A DNA stretch of 64,000 bases. Source: Podarcis filfolensis (lineage: Eukaryota). Shown piece after piece: positions 12,350 to 26,853 of the stretch; the stretch's first letter is position 1, and each line of letters begins with the position of its first letter. The stretch is from assembly GCA_964270895.1 (NCBI GenBank), contig OZ185440.1; one strand, given 5' to 3'. The notes beneath the pieces are model-generated. The model saw nothing but the letters and a program-made list of their open reading frames with translations. It made no database searches and had not been told where the DNA came from. The translations under genes and the position numbers were made by a program.

Positions 12350-15300
12350 CAATTGATTTTCTACATGGATATCACTTCCATGTAGAAAAACCACATTTAG
12401 ACCATATCTATCACCAATGACAAAGTGTTTACTTGCACATGAAAACCTGGTATATACGAACTACTCTAGGCTGTGCTGTACATGTCACACAGAATGAGAC
12501 TACATGTGGTTTTCCGGAATGGAAATAGTACACTGTTGCATATGGCACAGTCCTGAGTGACACAGTACTCAGCTCTTAAAGACTCTTGAAAACCTATCCA
12601 CAAATATTCCTTGTTTTCACGAAATCTGTACATTAGGATCCTATTTGGCTGTGCTGGCAAAATATAAAGTGGTCAGATTGAGTGCTTCTCAAACCATACC
12701 CTGATCTACTGAATTTGGCATACAGCTGTTAAAAGTACAGAAACTCTTGACAGGAGAAAAACATTTGCAATTCTACTCTGGACATATGGAATCTGGTATG
12801 TTGAGTAGGCTAATACTAAAAACACACACACAAACCCCTATTCTTGAAATTAGTAAAAGTCACAAAGCAAATACAGCCCTGCAGTGAAATACAGTTAATT
12901 ATAATGTACTGATTTACTCCTTATCAAGGGTATTCATCATGACCTGAAATCAAATTTTACTCTGTCGCCGTATCTCTGGCTGGGCAATAAGATGCTTCCA
13001 ACATGAACAAATCATTTGTTTACTTTAAACAGCCCTGGAGTTTGTGAGAAGGTAGCCAAGACCCCACCACTCTAGCCCTAAAGGAAAGAAGTTTGGAGCC
13101 CCTGAATTATCTGTTTGTTTGAGCTACAACACATCCAGAGGCAATGCAATAAAAAACAGTGGATTACGTCCCGTCAGCAGCCCCTTGGAAAAAAAAAAGC
13201 ATTAGAAAAAATATAAGCCACAGATTATGTCTGTTGGCTGTTTAGCTGATAAGCCTAGTAACAGACACAATGCTAATGAATCTGAGGGACATCTTCCAAA
13301 TGGAAGGCTGCACGACCACATTTTGTCTGCATTTCCCAGCATATTGCCAAACCAGTCGTAGCATTTACTCGGAGGGGCTTTCCTTCATTGCTTTCATTCT
13401 CCCATTTGCTTGTCCAAAGCAACCAGAATTTCACTGACTCTCCATGAGTCAGCATCAACTGAGGGCAAGGACTGAACAGAGAATAAAAACTCAGCAACTA
13501 CAACTTTCCTTTACAACGTATTTCAGAGCAATCTATTTGCACCGAGTATAGGCAAACCTCAAACAGAATTGAGGAAGGTCATAGTAATTCCACACACCCC
13601 CCAACTTCTGTAAGAATACCATATGATTACTATCCCAATCAATACTGAGATTCATGTTAGCTTTTCCTTTTTGGCTCTTAGTGTTAATTTTCTTCTTGGT
13701 GAAAATTTAGGGTTTTCACCCTCCAAACACTCCTTATTAACCCTAATGTTGATTACATTCCCAGGGTATAATTTGTCTAATTAAATGTAAAGCCAATATG
13801 TTTCATAGTGCACAGTTTGTCTCACACGTCTGTGTGTGTGTGTGCGCACACACACAACACACCTTGTGCTTCATGCTGTGGACTTTAATGAGGATCTAAA
13901 ACACCAACTTAACTTGGCTTCAGTTTCAGCCAGATGAGCTTTGCTTGTTAAGGCAGTTTTTAACTTGTCAAGAAAAATAGCTTTATTAAGGTCATGGAAC
14001 TCTGAGGGTTTAAGGCTAATCAGAGAGAGAAAGAATGGCAAGTCAAGCAGAAGTCCAACATGTTTAAATTAACTTAGCCTCAGCTATTGGGAAAGGGGGA
14101 CAGAAATGTGATCCCGACTGATGTCTGATGTGTGATAAATTTTTGTTTGCTGAAATGTTTCATTTTGGCATACAGATTTTCTTTTTGGTAAATAAATGAC
14201 CAAACCAGTTCCTCCCTGTCTGGTTACTTTTTTAGAACTCAAAAGGGTATTATGGGGTGCTCTATTCCTTCAGACCAAGATAATCGATGCACACGGAACC
14301 AACTGATATATCTTGTATCTGGAAGTATGCAAGTGGTAATCAGTTTCACAGCCTGCACTTATCATTGACTTGTTAATCTGAAGGGGTTTAAAAATCTAAA
14401 TAAAAACGGATTACTGTGAATATCACATTCCTGGTCTGATTTAATGTCAAGCAGGTGGTATTCACACCATTTTACAGTGCCCTTTCGACTTTTTCCCCAT
14501 GCAGTTTTGGAAAGGTGATTGAGGATTAATGAAAACCTGAAGTAACATTCGAAACGAAAGGCCTCTTTTCAAGTGCAGGACACTCAGTTATCCTTAATTA
14601 TTATCTAGTGTTTCACTTGCAAGCATAAGTTGCATACAAGAGATATCCAGGCAGATAAGTTACAGAAATGAAAAATCCTAGTGTTATATTTCCATATCTT
14701 TTTAACACATTATTGACACATAAGCAAAACAATGATTGGGGGCTTTGCAGTTATCAGGACTATACCGCTACTAAACTAATATAGCATAACACTATATCAA
14801 GCACATAGCAGCATAACAGTATATCAAAGATGTGCATTTTTAAAAAATCATTCATTTGAAATGTTTGAAGAGGCCTTTTAAAATAGAGGGGAAACAAGAA
14901 CTCAGATAAAAGCTAGGAGTAGTAGCACCAACATATCTGTCACTTACAGTCTAACCCTGCACAGGAAACCATTTGAGCACATTCTTAAATTCCAGAAGTT
15001 GAGGCTGAGTGGTCAAGGTGGCAAGGTTACTCCATTACATTGTTAAAATGTGTCTACTTGAATGGAACTTTTAGGTGGTTTATCATATCAGTTGGTTTCA
15101 GTGAGACCTTCTTTTCTGGTATAACTACAGTCATAATCTCATATTCAAGGGTGCAAAGCTTAGGAGCCTAATTCCTGACCTAGGCAGCAACTCATCATCA
15201 ATTTTTTTCAGGCACCAATATCTATTGGCTGCCTAGATTTCAAACTAGATAGGCTGCCTAGATGCTCAAACTAGATAGTCAACTCCAGCTCACTAAGCTA

Positions 15301-16184
15301 TAGACCACAATTACACAACACAGTAAACCAAACTACTGCTTATTGGGACATGAACATGCAGGTTTTTATTCCTATGCCATGCTGAGCTAAGAGAAGGTTT
15401 GGCTTAGTATGTCACCTGAACCAAGGCTCACAGTTAACCACAAACTGTAGCAAAGAACAAAACTTGATATATTCACATGATATGTGTCCAAAAACAGAAT
15501 GTCTATGTATGAAAGAAATGGCTGATTAGACAATGTCCTTTAATTAGAAGTCATTGCATGTATGTATGCATGTATGTATGTATGTGCTTTTACAGGATGT
15601 ATCTCCATCTAAGGCCTTCAAAGTGACTTAAAATAATAAAATGGGTAAATATAAGAACAATAAAGCAACATGATTATAGAACTAAAAAAAAGATGCCTCA
15701 AAATAACCCAGTAAATAGTTCCACAACAAAATTTAAATGGTAAAAGAGACAGAGGCATAAAAAGTCATTCAAAACAAAGGTACAGAAAAATAGCAAAACC
15801 CTTTATAGTTCAACAGAAGACCTGTAATGTGTGGCCATATGAATCTCCCGGGGAGGGGAATCCATAGTCTGGACACTACCAAATAAATAGCTGAAGCTTA
15901 AGTGTCAAAAACTGATGAGCCAGGATCAGCACACCACCAACTAACTAAAATTCCATCAGCTTGCTTGCTGCCTTAAGATACACCCTTTACAGAAGGCAAT
16001 GAAACAGGTATTATAAACAAGAAGGGGGGGAAAACAGAACGCAGTGAATGTTGAACAACCAGCTTTTACAAACAGAATATGAATAGAGCTATGCAAAAGG
16101 TCACAGTTAATTTCCCCCTATCCTTTCTTGTTTAAAACAATATTTTATAAAAGTTCCCAGACCAATGGGAAAGCTGCTCACCTG

Positions 16185-16297
16185 ATCATAGAATCACAGA
16201 GTTGGAAGGGACCCCAATGATCATCTAGTCCAACCTCCTGCAATGCAGGAATAAGCAGGGATCGAACCATGCTCTCACCAACTGAGCTATCCAGGCT
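16185..16297 (-). mobile_element. tRNA-Ile-derived SINE with CR1 3' tail, internally deleted head
   Basis: Minus strand: gatagctcagttggtgagagcatggttcgatccctgc + attcctgcattgcaggaggttggactagatgatcattggggtcccttccaactctgtgattctatgat (CR1 tail ending in ATTCTRTG repeats). Confidence 0.8.
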
Positions 16298-17540
16298 GAA
16301 TAAGTCTTAATTTTATTTACCTTTTGTATTTTTACCTTGCCTTTCCACTATCAGTTCAACTACAAGAATGACAGCAATCAGTCAACAAAACCATCAACAT
16401 AAAACAAGAAATAACAAGTTACACAACACTGCCCTATGATTGTCACATCTATGTTGGAATCACATTAGAGTTTCTGTGAACATGCAGACACCTTCCTACT
16501 TGCATGCAGTACAATAAATGCTGCACTGAATTGTAAAGACTGAATCAGTTCCATGTGCATTATTAGGCAATGGAAATAAAAATCAGTACAGCTATGCACT
16601 GTAATAATCCAGCACCCTTTACATATCAAATCTCATTGAAGGGCTGGAAGCACTATCTAATCCTGGCCAGCCATCTAAATCTTGTAAAGATCCAAAAATG
16701 TTCAACAGGGAAAAACTGGGTCTCTTATAGTTTCAAAGTTTTCCTTTTGCCTTTTCCTGTGTAAATCTTGTGACAACTAAATTCGATCTCTCCCCGCCCC
16801 CCAATGCTCTATGGCAGTGTGCATGTCACAAAGTCGATCTAAGGCAAATGCCAATGTCACTACCAGTATCTCTAAAACAAGAAAACTAGTAAGAACATTC
16901 ACATGTGTTTATGAATAGAAACTGGCTTTTAAAAATAAAAGAAGGTATTGTGAGTAAGGCTTTTTAAGGTTAGCTTTTTAAAGAAAAAAAGTCCCGGAAC
17001 TTGAGGCATAAACAAGGATATCCTGCTAGGAACTGGGCTTGGAAAATATATGTATATATAAATAAATAAAAACACAGCTTAAACAAAATAATAATAATAA
17101 TAAATTGCTCTCTTGTTTTAGCTCTGTGTCTAGTGAAAGATAGGAAATTAACAACAGTATTTAGAACTCCTTGCCAAGAGTGAACTGAGACAAAAGCCCC
17201 TCTATTGTGTAGGGAAGCCTTGCATCCATACTTTTTGCTATATTCTAGAGTTCTTATAAACCTTTTATAGAATTCACTGTTTTTCTACATGTAGTGATCT
17301 GATTTTCCTTATCTCTTCTGGATAAGCACCAATCAGAAAGTAAAAATAAGGTGCAATTTATTAGGTAAGCATATTCTACTTTACAGCATAGCATTGCTTC
17401 AACTTGGACCAATCTAGATATCTCATCTAGTCCTAACTGGACTTGCATTCTCCCACACCATTAGGATCCTGTGAAGATGCGTGAAAATACATTTGTTAGC
17501 CCAGGTTCCTCAATTCCGTCCTTCAACCCAACCCAGCTGC

Positions 17541-17702
17541 ACCCTACATACTGGAGGGTGAATGTGTACAGTGGGGTGCCTCCTGTATTCTTGGATGTTG
17601 TCTGTGTGCTTTAGAACCCAGTGCACAGTGTTTAACTGGGCAGGGCATCTCCACAAATACAGCAGGCTTCCGGCTGCAAACATTCACCCTCCAATGTAAG
17701 GA
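17541..17702. repeat. Long imperfect inverted repeat (foldback element)
   Basis: tggagggtgaatgtgtacag (17552-17571) pairs with ctgcaaacattcaccctcca (17674-17693) at 18/20. Pairing continues inward (gcctcctgtatt / aatacagcaggc). Confidence 0.7.
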
Positions 17703-20700
17703 CAGTGTCAGGGCAGTGCTCGGATAATTGCACAGGAAGCTACTCAAGAGGAGAGGGAAGCGCGTGGAAGCGCTGCCCAGATCACTAGAGCAAGGAAAGA
17801 GTGGATTCTCCAGCTGCAATATAAGCTCCCAATCTGAACTGCTTTGTTGCCAAAGTTCATAGCCTTCTGAAACTGGGGAAATGAAGGACAGTAGGTCTTC
17901 TGCAACCGACCATAGTTAATTCTGGCTGTGGTAAAATATACTGTATCATGGGATGGGCAGCAGAGGAATGATGTCATGGATGGACCATGACATAGTGGCA
18001 GCCTGTTCCTATGGGGCTCCTTCAGGTGCTGCAGCATTTGAGCTGCTGCAGCTGTAAGACTCAGGGAAAAGACATGGAGCTCTGTCCAATTAGCCACCGA
18101 CAATATCCTGCTACAGGTCCATGGCGTACTATGGCAGCTCCACAATGCAGCCCCAGAAGTGCTTTTTCATCCTGTAGCTATTGCCTTCCTCAATACCCCA
18201 TGTGATTCAAAGCACTAGTATGCTAAGTATGCACACGACTGCTGCAGTTCTTGGTATGAGATTAGGTCCGAGTGTCAGCCCCAGGGAATTGGTATCCTAG
18301 GAGCTAATGCTTCAATGTAGTGTCTCACAGAATTGTGCCCTTACATTTGCACAGAAACCACCTCTCACAAAAAGTTCTGTGTCAGCTTTAAATATATATA
18401 AAATTAATTGTGGTTATCATGGTGGAATGAATACAGATCACCCACAGTGAATTATGGTTATTGAGGGGGATTTAGGGATGCAGGCCAATGCAAAATTCTA
18501 TCCTTTGGCTATTTGAAGAGTTTTAACTGAGGAAAAGGAAAAGAAAGGCGAGCTCGTCGCTAGAGTATCAGCTGTGGAAGTTTGCTGGGAACATTCCAAA
18601 ACCATGTATCTGCTTGGCAACAGCTCCTATGGAGATACTGTTCCACGTTTAACTGTAACAGAGCTTTCCCAGGATACGATATATGAAGAACAGCTTGCTC
18701 TATCCCTGAAAAAGGCCAAGCAGAGCTTCAAAAATACATACTACCCTCCTGCACTGCAATAAACATCACTCTTGTATAAATGGAGTAGGTTCGACAGCCA
18801 TACAACATTTAAAAGTCTGAATTTTGACAGCATAAACGAGTTAAAAATAGTGGTTGCTATTTTGCAGTAACTTACCTCAGAAAAATGGCACCAAGATTAA
18901 TAGGACAACTCTGGACTAAGTACTTTTCAGTTTAGAGCCAAAATACTGGCCTTTCAGGGGATGCTGCATTTGCAGTATACAGCCTGCTAAGGCAAGGGTA
19001 TGTTCCACTTAAAAGTCTCAAACGCTTTAAAATAAGTTGACCCAGACATTAGGATGTTCTTTTCCAACTCCTGCAAATGTGTAGCTCTCCTTTGCAGTTT
19101 TTAACAGTGAATGGTGATCTATTACGCTGTTTCAAACATGCACTCAGCAACTGAGCAAAAACGTCGTTTTTACTAACTAAGGACACCGTGCATCACTTGG
19201 TTCCTCAGCAGTATCTGCAGGGAAGCTCCTTTTTGTTTGTTTGTTTGTTTGTTTATACAATTAGCATACTGCTTAATCACACTTAGTACAAAATAAAAAT
19301 TTGTTCCCAGTGAAGGGTTCAGCTGTGAAAAATATGCAGGACTTAGTTATTCAAATTTAACCATGCTCCCCATTATCTTTCTCTTTATCCATTGACTATA
19401 CCTATTAGCACTGTGGAGGCATCTTAAGAAGCAGACTCGACCACTGCTAATATAGGCAGCTGTGTTCTTCAAAATGGCAGTACAAACCACTGGCTAGCTG
19501 TTCCAGCCTTGCATGTGATGACTGCCAGTCAGCTCAAGGGAGATACACAGAGAAAGAATGGAAACTGTCAGAAATACCAAACATCCTGGGCACTTCCCTT
19601 ACCTTTTATTTTGGCCCTCTCGGCCACTGTTTTTAAAAGTTTACAGGGCTCATTATTTGGCTAAAACTAGAGGGAGTCATCAATGAGGTTTGTTGAGTTC
19701 ATAAAGAGCCTTCCAACCTCTTCCCCCATTAACTGAAACACAGGTCACAACACTGGGCTCTTACTAGTTCTAACTTACTCATATGTGCAACAAGTGCCCA
19801 ACTGGGTTCTCCATCTGCCTTAGGTGTCCCCTTCCTAAGGCATCTCAGTTCATTTGTGCCAAATAGGACATAGGTGTGGGCAATTCCATTTCTTTCTGGG
19901 GTTTCACAGGGGTATGAAGTGTCCAATATCTACTTGATTTTTTGGGAAAGTCTCACCCTCAAAACTGATCTGAATACATTGCCTCTCATCACAGTGCACC
20001 ATAACATAATGCTGAGCAACTGTTGACTGAATTAAGCATAATCCCAAGCAACTGAGACAAACATTTTCTACAGTTGTTTCCTTATGTGCACACATACATG
20101 CACATGTACATTATGCCACTTTGACAGAAAATGAGGGTGCCTCTTGAGGACCTTTATGTAAATAACAGCAAAGGCCTGCATAGAAACACCACACATCACC
20201 AGTGAACAAAGTAGTTGTCACATTCATTCACCACAAACAACCGTTCTAAACACACTGTTTTTAATTATAACATTAGTTGATCTTTTTTTCCACGGCACTA
20301 ATTAGCAAGATAGCATCATGGTAACTTTCGGAGCATTAGAATAATTTTGCTTAGTGAAGATACTTCTGGAGAGAAAGAAAAAGGGTAGGATTTAGTGAAA
20401 CACAGGCTGCTTCGCTTTTAAAACAGAGGAATTACCACAGTTGGGTGAATTTTTAATATACCAATTAATGCTCTAATCTTACTTTAGGGGGAAGGATTAA
20501 GATCTAATTTATTATAGGACTTTGTCTCCAGCCTGACCAGCTCAAACAGACAAAAGTAAGAGAATGACACCTCCATCTTTTGAGCCACTCTTTCTTTTAA
20601 AAAGGTGATAAAGAGATTTTCAAGATGCCTCTACATCAACGCAATTGTTTGACTGGATAGTTTGGGCATTGGGTTAAACAGAAAGCTTTTACCGCTTCCC

Positions 20701-22402
20701 CACACACTGGGACTAGACAATGTTACCCTATCCTAGCTGCTTCTGACTCATGTGAATTGTCACTGCTTAAATGAATCAAAACAGTTGGACACTGTAACTT
20801 GGACTAAAATAGATGACAACTTAATTTAACTTCAAAACCTTACCACGGAAATGAAAATAGGACCAGAATAGAGGGGTGCTGTTTAATTTCTAATTTTGTG
20901 CTTAGGGTGGCTGTCCTGCCACAATTATCTCTTGGGGCCCCAGGCTTCATCCCAAATCATTCTGGGGCCCATCAAGAACCCTGCCTTACACTCTAGTAAC
21001 ACAGAGAATATTTTCCAGTCCTTGTAATGCTTTCATATCTTTCATTAAATTAAAATTATAGGAGTCTTTTTCCTGCTTTTACAACTAAACGGCTCCTCCA
21101 AATGCCACTAGTTTGCCCAGCTTGGCTCTCTCTACCATCTCCCACTAACCTTAAAGGAAATCTTGCAATACCCTCCACAAGTCCTTCTGGTGACAGGTCA
21201 ATTCTATCACCCTAGTACATGTGAGCTGCATTCCTCACTAGCTTTGGCTACCAAATGGCCATGTTGCCCCACTAGCAGACAAGTTGATTCTAATGCTAGA
21301 CTATCACAAGACTCCCCACAGCTGATTTAATGGTGGTATACAGATATGCTGCCACCACTCTACAGACAGCCCCATGAGGGCAAGTGTCGTTTATTTTAAG
21401 TTTCTCTCCCAAATGCTAGTTCTCAACAGTGGACAATTTACTGGGCACTGAAGCAATGCCACTCAACTGAAATCAACAGGATTAGAGTGTGGTGTTAACT
21501 GAAATGATAAACGTGTGTAATGGGGGCTTACCTTCTTGCATCTACCAACAAACATCCCTGCACATAGAAAAATAGAATCATAGAATCGTAGCGTCAGATT
21601 TTTTTTGTGTACAGAAGGGCATTAAATCTTATGACACAAACCCCATCTCTAAAATCTTAAGCAATGTAGCCCAGGCACATCATTTGGGGAGAACGAAGTC
21701 TAACAGGTAAAAATGGCTACTCAATCATTCCTATGGCAGAGTATAGGCTAATATATAGGATGCATATGTAAACTGGGACAAATATAAGCCTGTAATAGAA
21801 CCAGAGCCCTTCATTCACTCAAATAATAAGAGATGTGGAATTGGCATCTTAACCATACAAACTCCTATCAACCGTTGTAACTAATACAACATTTTAAACA
21901 TTTTAAATAATGTAAGAAAGAGGCAGGGATTGCAAAAGCCAGAAACTTCTGAACTCCTTTGAGTATAAATTTGGAGTTTACCCCAGAAACTCAGAACACA
22001 CAGTGGGGAAAGATTGGGATAATAAAATAAGATGCCTACTGTGGGATTGGCATCTATTGCACATTTTCATACTGGCTGTAGCAAGTCAGCCTATTCAACT
22101 GTTTGAGCAAGCAAGTGCTATGGTCCTCGGTGGAACTCTACTATCCCTGAATGCCTAAGAGGTGTTTTGGTGGGTTTTCTATAAAGCCTTCAAACCAATG
22201 CTTCCCTGCACATGGAAAGACAGTTGTCTCTTCATATACTTGTAATCACAGACTGAAATCATTATCTGGGCAAATTTATCCTCCACGTGTATTCTGAGAT
22301 GATGCCTACTTGAATATCTGAATTCACTTTGATACATGAAATTGGCATTACACATTCTCCCCTTAGCAGCATGGACCCTGTAATGATTGCAGAAGGGGCA
22401 AA

Positions 22403-22403
22403 T

Positions 22404-22446
<43 letters not shown>

Positions 22447-22449
22447 TTT
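22403..22449. repeat. (TTTA)n microsatellite
   Basis: About 11-12 perfect units, read directly. Confidence 0.95.
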
Positions 22450-25400
22450 CTGTGAGGTCATGGACCCAGGTCTCTCATTCATCGAGTCTAATTATCCAAA
22501 CCGTTCTTATTATCTAAATGGTTTGGATGTATGCAGACAGGTTCTTAAGACATTCTCTTTTTTTAAGTAGCAGCTCTGTACAGATGCCAACTCTACACAT
22601 ACTAATGGGGCTTGTAAGGCCAAGTATGCTGCGGATTGGGTTTTCCAGCTGTAAAGAGGCAACAAGCTCATCAAATGGGTACAAATTGGTGTAGCTCCCC
22701 TGAAGTCAGGCATATTCACTACACAATCAGATGAGCCCAAATTTAGATGCCGTTTTACTGCAAGGCAAATGTTCTATAAGCTGCAGGGATACCCTGCCGG
22801 CGCTGCCTAGTGTGACCCATTTCTAAAATGATTGCAGCGTGAGTCGGAAACCTGTTAAGACCCAATTAACAAAAATGTTATGCATCACTGGTGCATGTTT
22901 CATCTGGAACTTTAATTCCACAGTTTTCCCAAGCAAATTCTCTTTTATTTTCTAGTCATTAAGTCACTTCTTCCCTAGGGTTCAAGAGGTAGCTCCCACC
23001 CCCCTACACTCCTGTGTTCCAAAAAGTTGGTAATAAATAACTTAATTAAATTACATAAGGAAAAAAGAGGTACTTGTTGGTTTATCCTAATAAAACAGAA
23101 TGGAGTTTTTGTTGTTCTTTGGGACACACAGAATGGGTGTCAAGCAGAGGGACTTATGACTACCCTCAGAAAAGGAAGACCTGGCCAAGGTTCCCTTCTG
23201 AAGAATGACCCACGGAAAAGAATCAGACCGTATCAGTCCTGGGCATGCTTATTTAGTCAGGCCTTTTTTGACAATAGAAGGCAGCAAGGAGGATTTTATT
23301 TGGCAGATGGGTGCAGCTAGTGAGCTTATGCGGCAGTGAGTTTCTGGCTGCCTGAGTGGGTAGCCTGTTATTTATTGTTTATGGATAAGTCAGTTTTAAT
23401 TATTGTGAAGAGGACAGATGCTCTGGCATCTAGCACCATAAACATTTTGGATTATATTATATTATTATTATCTACTCTTCAAGAGTCTTAGGAAGCACAA
23501 AAGTCATACCTTTCAAAGTGTGTAACTTCTATAGGCAGGCTGCTTGTAAAATATAAATGAAAAACTGGATAAATACCAGCATATGACTTGAAGTATATAT
23601 CTCAAAGGGTGGGTGTGTGTGTAATATTTCTTACTGGTGCAATCCATATTCCTTTTTCTATTGAATAATGCTGCTAGCGCATTCCAGTGTATTTCAAAAA
23701 GTTTTCCACTGCGCCTTAAGTGTTTCCATATGACTCCAAATCCTACAGGTAACTTGGGTTACTGCCATTCCTCAGTGTAAAATTTTCCACTATCTCAACA
23801 GCACTGTATGTATAGTCATTTAAAGCTAAAAGCATATATTTCAGTACAATCATCAGAGATGTTTAGCAAGTCTCATTATTATTATTATTAAAAAATCTCC
23901 TTGTTTATATAACTTGCCTATTTGCTTTCTGATGTCTTCATAAAATCAAAGGCTAACAACTTTCCTAACAACGGAAGAAATTTTAAAATTGTAGCTGTAG
24001 TATTTTTTGGAAGGGGTGGTTTACACAAATACATGCCCCATACATGTTGATACAAAAAATATCAGCAAAATATTATAGTGCCGCTTCATGCCCTCAAAAT
24101 AAACTATTGGCAAAAAATTTCTCATAAAATGTACTGGACAAGAAACCTGAAATCTACTGGCAAAACGACGTAAGGAATGGAAGATGTATTTTATTCCAGA
24201 AAATGGGAACACTCACTTTTGATCAGCGACAGTCCTAACAACCATAAATGAAACTTTTTAGGTCGTATTGATACCAGAGTTATACATGTTCTTCAATTAT
24301 TCTAAATTAAATCCATGGGACTTGAGGCTTAAATTTTGCTGGATTGTGCCCAACATTAATATGTTAAAAGATTTTAATCTCATAATTGTGTTTTCTTCTG
24401 ATGTCTACTGCATAGGCATAATATGAACCATTGTGGGTTGTGATGCAAAGCCCCTTCATTGTTTAAAGGGCAGTACTCTTGTGCTGCTTTTTCTAAAGTC
24501 AAGCCTCTTGATTGGTTAAAAAGAACTATTCAATATGAAACTTCTGTAACTACTTGTCTTAACCTTTAGAGTCAAATTGGTTGATGGATCTTGTCTCTAT
24601 TATTCCTCTATGAGTCATGAAAAAGAATACAAAATGCAACATTTTGCACAGAATCCTTGACTATGTATTCTACGAGCTAAAATAACTCTCTTGACAGTGG
24701 TTTTTAAGCATTATTACTTTACTTTTTAAAAAACAGCAGCAACCTTCTAAGAATAATGGCTAGCTGGAAAATAAGTGTATTTTGTGTTAGGAATTCCTCT
24801 CAGCGAGAACACAAAACAATTAATAAACTGCCTGTTAAAAAACTATTAAATACAATGTTCTCCATTCTGGGTTCTTTTTCTTTTAATTCATGCAAATATA
24901 CCCCTAAACAGTTTTAATTCTCTTATTTCCCTGATCAGTGTTTTTGCTTTCCAGATGGACCATCAGTTTTATGCTACTGCCAGCAACAGCTTGTGTATTA
25001 TTGTTTAAAGTTAACATGATGGATTAAATATCATACGCAATGTGAGGAAAGAGGTTAAGAAAAATGCTCTTCAGCTGAAAGGCATGGATATAAGCAAGTC
25101 TGAGATATATCTTTATTTTTTAAAGGCTGACAAATATGAGAAAAGAAGAAGGCTGTACTTCTTGTTTTTGAAGGCAAATAATTTCTCCCTCCAAAATGAG
25201 AATTCTTCCGAATGCTTATGAACTGAAACTTGTGCTCAGATAGGCCCCCTCTCTAAATTATACAGACTAACCAACAATTATGTCATTTCATTCAAACATT
25301 CATTCGCACGTCATGTGCTCAGATTAAACAGTAACACTTTGTTTTAAACATTCCGCTCAAATTAGCAAAGTAGTGTTTCCGTCACCTAAATTTAAGCACT

Positions 25401-26623
25401 TGGTGAAGCACTGAAAGTTGCCTCATTTGAACTCAGACATGTTCAAGCAAGAATCTGGAACTTCAGTTTAATAGCAAACCAACAGATATCTTTCTTTCTT
25501 TTCTTTCTCTCTATTCCTCATTCTCATCTTCTTCGTTTGACTAACACTGCGTATCTGATGCTGGCTTTGGGCAGACAGCATTCTCTGTTTATGAAACTGT
25601 TTATCAGCTGGGCTATCTATATGCAGAGATTTAGAAACAATTTATTTGCCTTAGAGAAAATGGATAACATTTTCTTTTCAAAAAAGTAAACAGGAGAATA
25701 ACCCATAATCCCAAAAGCTATCAGCACGAACATTTCCCATAATCCTATATGGAAAAGAAAATGCTCACCACCACCATCCTTTAAAGTCAAAACCTTCCCT
25801 ATCATTGCGCAAGTACAGGAAACAGCCAGTTCTTGGGTCTAAGGGCATAAGTCCGTACTTACAGTATGCTATTATGAAACACTTATTTTAAAAACCTATG
25901 CCAGAGTGCTCCTTGGAATTTTTATATGCTAAACCCTTATGATGATTATTTGCCAAGATACACAGCAGGCAGTAAAGAATGTTTGAAAATTTCATTTTTC
26001 ATTTATCAGAACATGTCTCAACCAGTATGACTGGCATTAGAATTAAAATCTATAGCACTATCATCACCTCCGAGATGTTAGTTTCCTGCCATCCATTTTG
26101 AATGACAGGCCAGACTACCAAGCAGGATGTGCATTTAAGTAGCCCCACATACTGCAGATCTATAGCGAACTCTGAGATACATGTGGATTTGCCTAAAACT
26201 CTAAAATATGGCCCTTATGCTGTCTTGACTGCCAAAACCACAATTAATTCAGTTTTATTACCACTAATCTTCTTGTATGTTACATATGGTTGACATTTTT
26301 TTCTGTAACTTGAGTATTCTTTGCACATGTGGCTATTTAGAAGTAGAATGAGAAAGTATATGAATTGACCAAAGACAAAAGACTAAACTATGGAACGGAA
26401 TGTTCCCACTTACTAATTTGGTGTGCATGTGTACGGGGAGGCATCTTTGACAGCACTCCGTTCGATGATACTTCTCAGAACAAGACAGTCCACACACACA
26501 TGGTGTATGCAAACATAATGTTATCTGGGACTTAAAAAACAACAACTAAAATAGTGTGGGGAGGAAATGAAATCAAAGTAGCACTACTACCACTTTCTTT
26601 CCCTGACAGAAGAGAGCAATATA

Positions 26624-26853
26624 CAGTGGTACCTCGGGTTAAAAACTTAATTCGTTCCGGAGGTCCGTTCTTAACCTGAAACTGTTCTTAACCTGAAGCA
26701 CCACTTTAGCTAATGGGGCCTCCTGCTGCCACTGGAACATGATTTCTGTTCTCATCCTGAAGCAAACTTCTTAACCCAAGAACTTCTGGGTTAGCGGAGT
26801 CTGCAACATGAAGCATCTGGAACCTGAAGTGTCTGTAACCTGAGGTGCCACTG
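26624..26853. mobile_element. Tigger/pogo-like MITE (forward copy)
   Basis: TA|CAGTGGTACCTCGGGTT ... AACCTGAGGTGCCACTG|TA; same family. Confidence 0.9.

Noticed and set aside
18869-18878. Strong donor-like GAG|GTAAGT on the minus strand
   Set aside because: I found no convincing upstream acceptor to define an exon; such 9-mers are expected by chance.
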